Below are positions 59,828 to 64,000 of a stretch of DNA of 64,000 bases, piece by piece. The translations under genes and the position numbers were made by a program. Location: contig JAGXRP010000033.1 in the NCBI GenBank assembly GCA_018335795.1, positions 5,973 through 69,972 of the forward strand, given 5' to 3'. The notes beneath the pieces are model-generated. The model searched no databases. It was not told where the DNA came from and worked only from the letters and a program-made list of their open reading frames with translations. Each line of letters starts with the position of its first letter. The first letter of the stretch is position 1. This DNA comes from Desulfobulbaceae bacterium. GTDB taxonomy: Bacteria > Bacteroidota > Ignavibacteria > Kapaibacteriales > UBA2268.

Positions 59828-61804
59828 CTACTTCTTCACCCTAATTTTGATAGACCTATTCAAGAATCTGCCTTGTGGGGTTTCGTCACTAAATTTATCC
59901 GTTGTGGCAATTGATGTTGTGATTGTGAATTTATTTCCCGAAACTGATTTCAAATAATTCTCAGTCGAAGAAGCACGTTCATTCGCAAGAGCAGTATTAC
60001 GCTCAGTCGTACCCAAAATATCTGTACTACCAATGATATAAATAGTTGCACCGGCAGGCAATTTTTCAGTAAGTTGCTTCAACAAAGATTTTGTATCATT
60101 ACTTAATTCGTTACTATTGTAATTGAATCTAAGAACGGCTTCGAAATTATCAAGAGTTAGTTCTTTATTTTCAACGGGGAGTGAGTTCAAATCAACTTCC
60201 GAAGTCTCAGTTTTGGAAAGTCTGCCGGCTCTTGCTGTAGTGTTTAGAGGTAAAATGTTTTGATTTTCTACATCAACTCGATTATTAACACCTATAGTAT
60301 ATTTTCCGGGACGGGGAGCAGCAAATATTGTATCTGCAATGTCATTAAAAATTGATACATTGTCCGTCGGTGGTAAATTTGCAAAATCTATATTTACATC
60401 AATATATCCGTGCAATTCTGAGTAAGTTCGAATGTCCACAAACTCTTGTAATGGTGCGTTTAGAAGTATAATGTCAGCACGTTGATTTTCGACAATGCCT
60501 TCAGGGAATTCTTGATTTGAAACAAATCTCGGAGTTAAACGAGCTTGAATTTTTATTTTTTGTTCTGCAATACCCAAATCGAGGAACACTTTTTTTATCT
60601 CTAAAGCTCTTTGGCTAGCCAAATCCAATCCCGCCGGTTCATTTTCTGCACCTGAAGTTGCCGATTCAATAATTATTATAGCATCAGCATTTTTTTGCAT
60701 CAAATAAGCAATTTTGGGGATAATGAACTTATGGTTTGCTACCGGGTCTCCTTTGAAGAAATTATCGTCTTGCAATGGTTTTGTGGAATAAAAATTGGGA
60801 ATTTCAGATGAATTTCTATCGAAAAATATAGCATTCACAATCGGAATTGTGGCTAAAAGCTCTTCACCAACATTCAATTTCATATCCCTAACTGATGTTA
60901 TGGCTAAATCCAATGTGGGTGGTTTAGGCTTTTCTTCGACAATTATTTCAACTTCAGGTTCTTCTTCAACTTCAATTGGGATGTATTCGATTTGCTCTTC
61001 CTCAGCATCGAAAATTGAGAATCTCAATCCAACTTCAAATCTTACAGCCCAAATTGACCACTCAGCATCATTTGTGACGTTTCCAAAATTATAATCGAAT
61101 GCTAATTGTTGCGTCAGGAAATTCTTATCACTGATTTTGAGCATATTCTCAACTCCCAAAGTCAATCCCATTCCAAATCCAGATATGCTTGTTATATCTC
61201 CGCCCGAAATGTCTCTTTGTTGAGTGCGAACGTCTCCGGCATTAATAAATACAGCATTGTCAGGCGATACGATTCGTTCCTTTTGTTCAAATGACTTGTT
61301 CATCGGAATATTAAATCTCAATGCAGCAAGTGTTCTCAGTGGTCCGTTTATGAATTTATCAAGAGCAATCCAACGAAATTCGGGTTGGAATTCAATATAT
61401 GATAGGGAAGTAGTGATAGAATTTTCAGTAGTAACTGTAACGATTTGATTTGTGCTGAGGTCTCTTGAGGGAAACTTGTTTTCGACTGTCATTTCTCCTG
61501 AACGGTCTGAATATACAACTCCAAAGCCAATTATGAAATCATTTCCTATGTATTTTTCCAAAAACAAGCCACCCGACCAGCCGAGACCGTTACCTGACTC
61601 AAATATTCCACAATCAACTGCCCCCTCAAAACTCTGAAAATTAGCATTGTACCCGTTATAAAGCAATCCTCCTTTGGGATGTACTCCAAATGTTTCTTCT
61701 GTGAATGGAGATTCAGCTGCTATGGTAGCAGTATTAGAGAATATTATGATAAGGAATATTGTAAAGAAAAATAATCTTTGTTTCATATTCGGAAAGTCCG
61801 TCAT
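59828..61804 (-). CDS. OmpA-family outer membrane protein (N-terminal beta-barrel, acidic linker, C-terminal OmpA-like peptidoglycan-binding domain)
   Basis: Signal peptide. C-terminal ...IYIIGSTDILGTTERNTALANERASSTENYL is the OmpA_C pattern. 658 aa. Confidence 0.7.
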   Translation of the reverse strand: MTDFPNMKQRLFFFTIFLIIIFSNTATIAAESPFTEETFGVHPKGGLLYNGYNANFQSFEGAVDCGIFESGNGLGWSGGLFLEKYIGNDFIIGFGVVYSDRSGEMTVENKFPSRDLSTNQIVTVTTENSITTSLSYIEFQPEFRWIALDKFINGPLRTLAALRFNIPMNKSFEQKERIVSPDNAVFINAGDVRTQQRDISGGDITSISGFGMGLTLGVENMLKISDKNFLTQQLAFDYNFGNVTNDAEWSIWAVRFEVGLRFSIFDAEEEQIEYIPIEVEEEPEVEIIVEEKPKPPTLDLAITSVRDMKLNVGEELLATIPIVNAIFFDRNSSEIPNFYSTKPLQDDNFFKGDPVANHKFIIPKIAYLMQKNADAIIIIESATSGAENEPAGLDLASQRALEIKKVFLDLGIAEQKIKIQARLTPRFVSNQEFPEGIVENQRADIILLNAPLQEFVDIRTYSELHGYIDVNIDFANLPPTDNVSIFNDIADTIFAAPRPGKYTIGVNNRVDVENQNILPLNTTARAGRLSKTETSEVDLNSLPVENKELTLDNFEAVLRFNYNSNELSNDTKSLLKQLTEKLPAGATIYIIGSTDILGTTERNTALANERASSTENYLKSVSGNKFTITTSIATTDKFSDETPQGRFLNRSIKIRVKK

Positions 61805-61882
61805 TCTGATAAATTATAAAATTTAAATATACGAAAAATAAATAGTTTTCAATTATCTTAAAGTGTTAAAAAGCTACTAATT

Positions 61883-64000
61883 TTATCTTAATAATGGGTT
61901 ATTCCTCATTTCATATTTCAAATCTTTTAACTGAGGAGTTCTGATACCTAGTTTAAGGTAAAAACCGTTGTTTCTGCCAATAGGTGTCCAATTAAAAATC
62001 AATTCCCAGCAATGTAAGTCTTTAACAAGATTCATTTGGGGGATATTAAACTCTTTATTGATGAAATCATAGCCGCCTGAAGTGTTTAAAGACCAAGTTT
62101 CGGTCAGACTTGCCGTAGCACCAAATGTCATGCTAATTGATTCAGTACGTGAATCGGGGTTGATTGAAGGTCGAGAATAATTATAACTCAATCTGAAATT
62201 CATACTCCACGGAACGTTTATTGGTGTATATCCGGGACTTCTATCTCCAAAAATATCCGGCTCGCTATATTGATAATCATGCCTTTGTTGGAATCTTTGC
62301 CCGAATTCAATTTCATCGGTCCGAGTAGTATCAGTCTCTTGAGAACCGAAACCGGAACTAACTACAATCCCTTTGGATGAAAAACTTGTAGATAGACTTA
62401 AAGATAAATTAGTAAGTCTCCCTAAGCCTTTACCCTCACTAATCAAGAAATTCTTTGTTCTAGCATAGCGTCTGCTTATATCGCCCTTAATTGTATCTTG
62501 AACAAATTGAATTTCTTCATCATATACGGTAAATCTGGCATTTCCCGAAAATTCTACAAAACTCAATGCTGGAGATCTGAATTGAAGACTAATATCACTC
62601 AATACTTTATCAGTGAAATTCCAAGCAGTAGATGTGTTCAATCTCAATAATTCGATATTTTTGTCAGGCAATGTATCGCCTTGTTTGACTTTGATTTCAA
62701 AACTATGCAAATCGCTATAATTTATAGCGCTCGAAAAATTTCTAGAAGCAATTCCCCCGCCATCAAGTTCATACCGAGAATAAACAACTTCTCTTTGACT
62801 TCGCTCATCAAAATATTTGCCAAAGAAAGGGCTATCACCGGTAGATTGGTCAGGAGTAATTCGCCAACTAAAAGTTGGATTATAAGTATGTCGTAATGCT
62901 TTGAAGCCAATCAATGAAGGTTTTATTAATCCTAAAAATGGGCGTTGGTCATCCATCATACCATATATTTTAGTTGTTGTGGACAAACTAAACCCATAAG
63001 TATATTCTGTGAAAAAGCCATGAGTTGTATCGGCGGTGATTGTCGAATCGGAAGGATTATAAGTTTTATCAACTTTCCTAAAATAATTATTCATTGAAAA
63101 TGAAATTGACGGACTAACTGTAAAGAATCCCAACTTGGGTGAAATGCTTATTCCGGGGCGATGTTCAATTCTTTGACGATGGTCAAAAATAAACGATTCA
63201 CTTGTATCATTTTGTGCTGTATCAATGACTGTGATTGCTCTCTTGTTTGTAGAATAATTCGCATTAAAAGAGTAGTTGACCTGAACATCTTGCACCCATC
63301 GTGGAGCTGTTTTGAGTGAATTGAGAATTTTATACGAAGGAAAATTCAGTCTGAGATTAGAATTTTGATTATACTCATCTGTTATGATGTTTTGGTCGCG
63401 TCCATAAGATAGCGATAATGAAGCTCTATTATCGAATTGTCTAGTATATGATGCATTTGAAGTAATTGATTGCTTGATGAAGTCAAAGTTATTGATGAGT
63501 GTGTTTTTGTTGAAATTTTGAGAAGAAAAATCAAGATTGACTACTAAATTATCTTGAGGGGTTATTGTGTGATTATGATTAAGAATGAATTTCCAATTCT
63601 GTTGATATTCTTCTTCAACATTGAAACGTGTTCTACCATATTCAACTTGTAAATTGCCCGAAAAGTAGTCTCGTAAAGCCCAACGAGTAGAATTCTTGAG
63701 CATATACCCGCCCTTGGAGTAAATATCAGAAGTGATTTGAGTGTCCCAATAGTCAGAAGCCGCCCAATAGAAACCAAGATTTTGAAACACAACGCCTCGA
63801 CTTTTGGAAAAGAAAAAGGAGGGTACAATCAATCCACTTTGTCTACCACTTTTACTTGGAAAAAAGAGACCAAAAGGTATCATCATAACCGGTAAATCCT
63901 CTATATAAAGCACCAATGGGTCTAAGAAAACTCTATCTTCGGTTATGATTTTCATGTGTTGAGATGCGAAATGAAAATGCGGTTCAGGATTGTCGCAAGT
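61883..64000 (-). CDS. lptD: LPS-assembly protein LptD (OstA) C-terminal beta-barrel region; the 5' end runs off the window
   Basis: GLIVPSFFFSKSRGVVFQNLGFYWAASDYWDTQITSDIYSKGGYM parallels the E. coli LptD block GFLIP...[22 protein letters not shown]. The frame stays open upstream of the listed Met to the window edge. Confidence 0.65.
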   Translation of the reverse strand, partial: TCDNPEPHFHFASQHMKIITEDRVFLDPLVLYIEDLPVMMIPFGLFFPSKSGRQSGLIVPSFFFSKSRGVVFQNLGFYWAASDYWDTQITSDIYSKGGYMLKNSTRWALRDYFSGNLQVEYGRTRFNVEEEYQQNWKFILNHNHTITPQDNLVVNLDFSSQNFNKNTLINNFDFIKQSITSNASYTRQFDNRASLSLSYGRDQNIITDEYNQNSNLRLNFPSYKILNSLKTAPRWVQDVQVNYSFNANYSTNKRAITVIDTAQNDTSESFIFDHRQRIEHRPGISISPKLGFFTVSPSISFSMNNYFRKVDKTYNPSDSTITADTTHGFFTEYTYGFSLSTTTKIYGMMDDQRPFLGLIKPSLIGFKALRHTYNPTFSWRITPDQSTGDSPFFGKYFDERSQREVVYSRYELDGGGIASRNFSSAINYSDLHSFEIKVKQGDTLPDKNIELLRLNTSTAWNFTDKVLSDISLQFRSPALSFVEFSGNARFTVYDEEIQFVQDTIKGDISRRYARTKNFLISEGKGLGRLTNLSLSLSTSFSSKGIVVSSGFGSQETDTTRTDEIEFGQRFQQRHDYQYSEPDIFGDRSPGYTPINVPWSMNFRLSYNYSRPSINPDSRTESISMTFGATASLTETWSLNTSGGYDFINKEFNIPQMNLVKDLHCWELIFNWTPIGRNNGFYLKLGIRTPQLKDLKYEMRNNPLLR

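Noticed and set aside
1-64000. CRISPR arrays, IS elements, integrases and prophage genes
   Set aside because: No regularly spaced direct repeats were found. No transposase, integrase or recombinase-like ORFs are in the six-frame track. The only candidate acquired DNA is the single-gene FkbM island.

Overview
This 64 kb window is low-GC (about 35-37%) bacterial chromosome. About 50 densely packed genes are mostly housekeeping: ruvB, der, coaC/coaB, etfBA, uvrA, glyQS, rpoD, lipA, hisS, recR, ybaB, pspA, a C-terminal LptD fragment, and the RNA genes rnpB and tRNA-Met. Three very large secreted proteins end in type IX secretion (T9SS) C-terminal sorting domains. The principal sigma factor is short (286 aa). 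Several genes use GGAGG-type Shine-Dalgarno sites. Together these point to the Fibrobacteres-Chlorobi-Bacteroidetes group, possibly an Ignavibacteria- or Chlorobi-like lineage rather than Bacteroidia; this is inference only. I found no CRISPR array, transposase, integrase or phage gene.

The loci I consider most worth follow-up are:
- **STAS/ABC operon, 21494-26368.** An ABC importer operon is headed by a 410-aa STAS-domain protein with an unassigned 300-aa C-terminal domain. Its membrane component is a single 944-aa polypeptide fusing the permease to two tandem substrate-binding domains.
- **WYL regulator and FkbM methyltransferase, 31145-33366.** A WYL-domain regulator sits divergent from a compositionally foreign FkbM-family methyltransferase, next to the 3' end of tRNA-Met.
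- **GNAT cluster, 18532-21232.** A GNAT/carbon-nitrogen-hydrolase fusion, an intact GNAT and a decayed GNAT pseudogene lie in tandem, flanked by about 310 bp of unexplained noncoding DNA.
- **Split coaC/coaB, 11452-12853.** The two genes are separate and translationally coupled rather than fused.
- **rnpB and HPt pair, 1489-2799.** An orphan HPt domain gene paired with a small secreted protein sits directly after rnpB.

None of these is a recognisable described defence or mobile system. They are candidates, not demonstrations.
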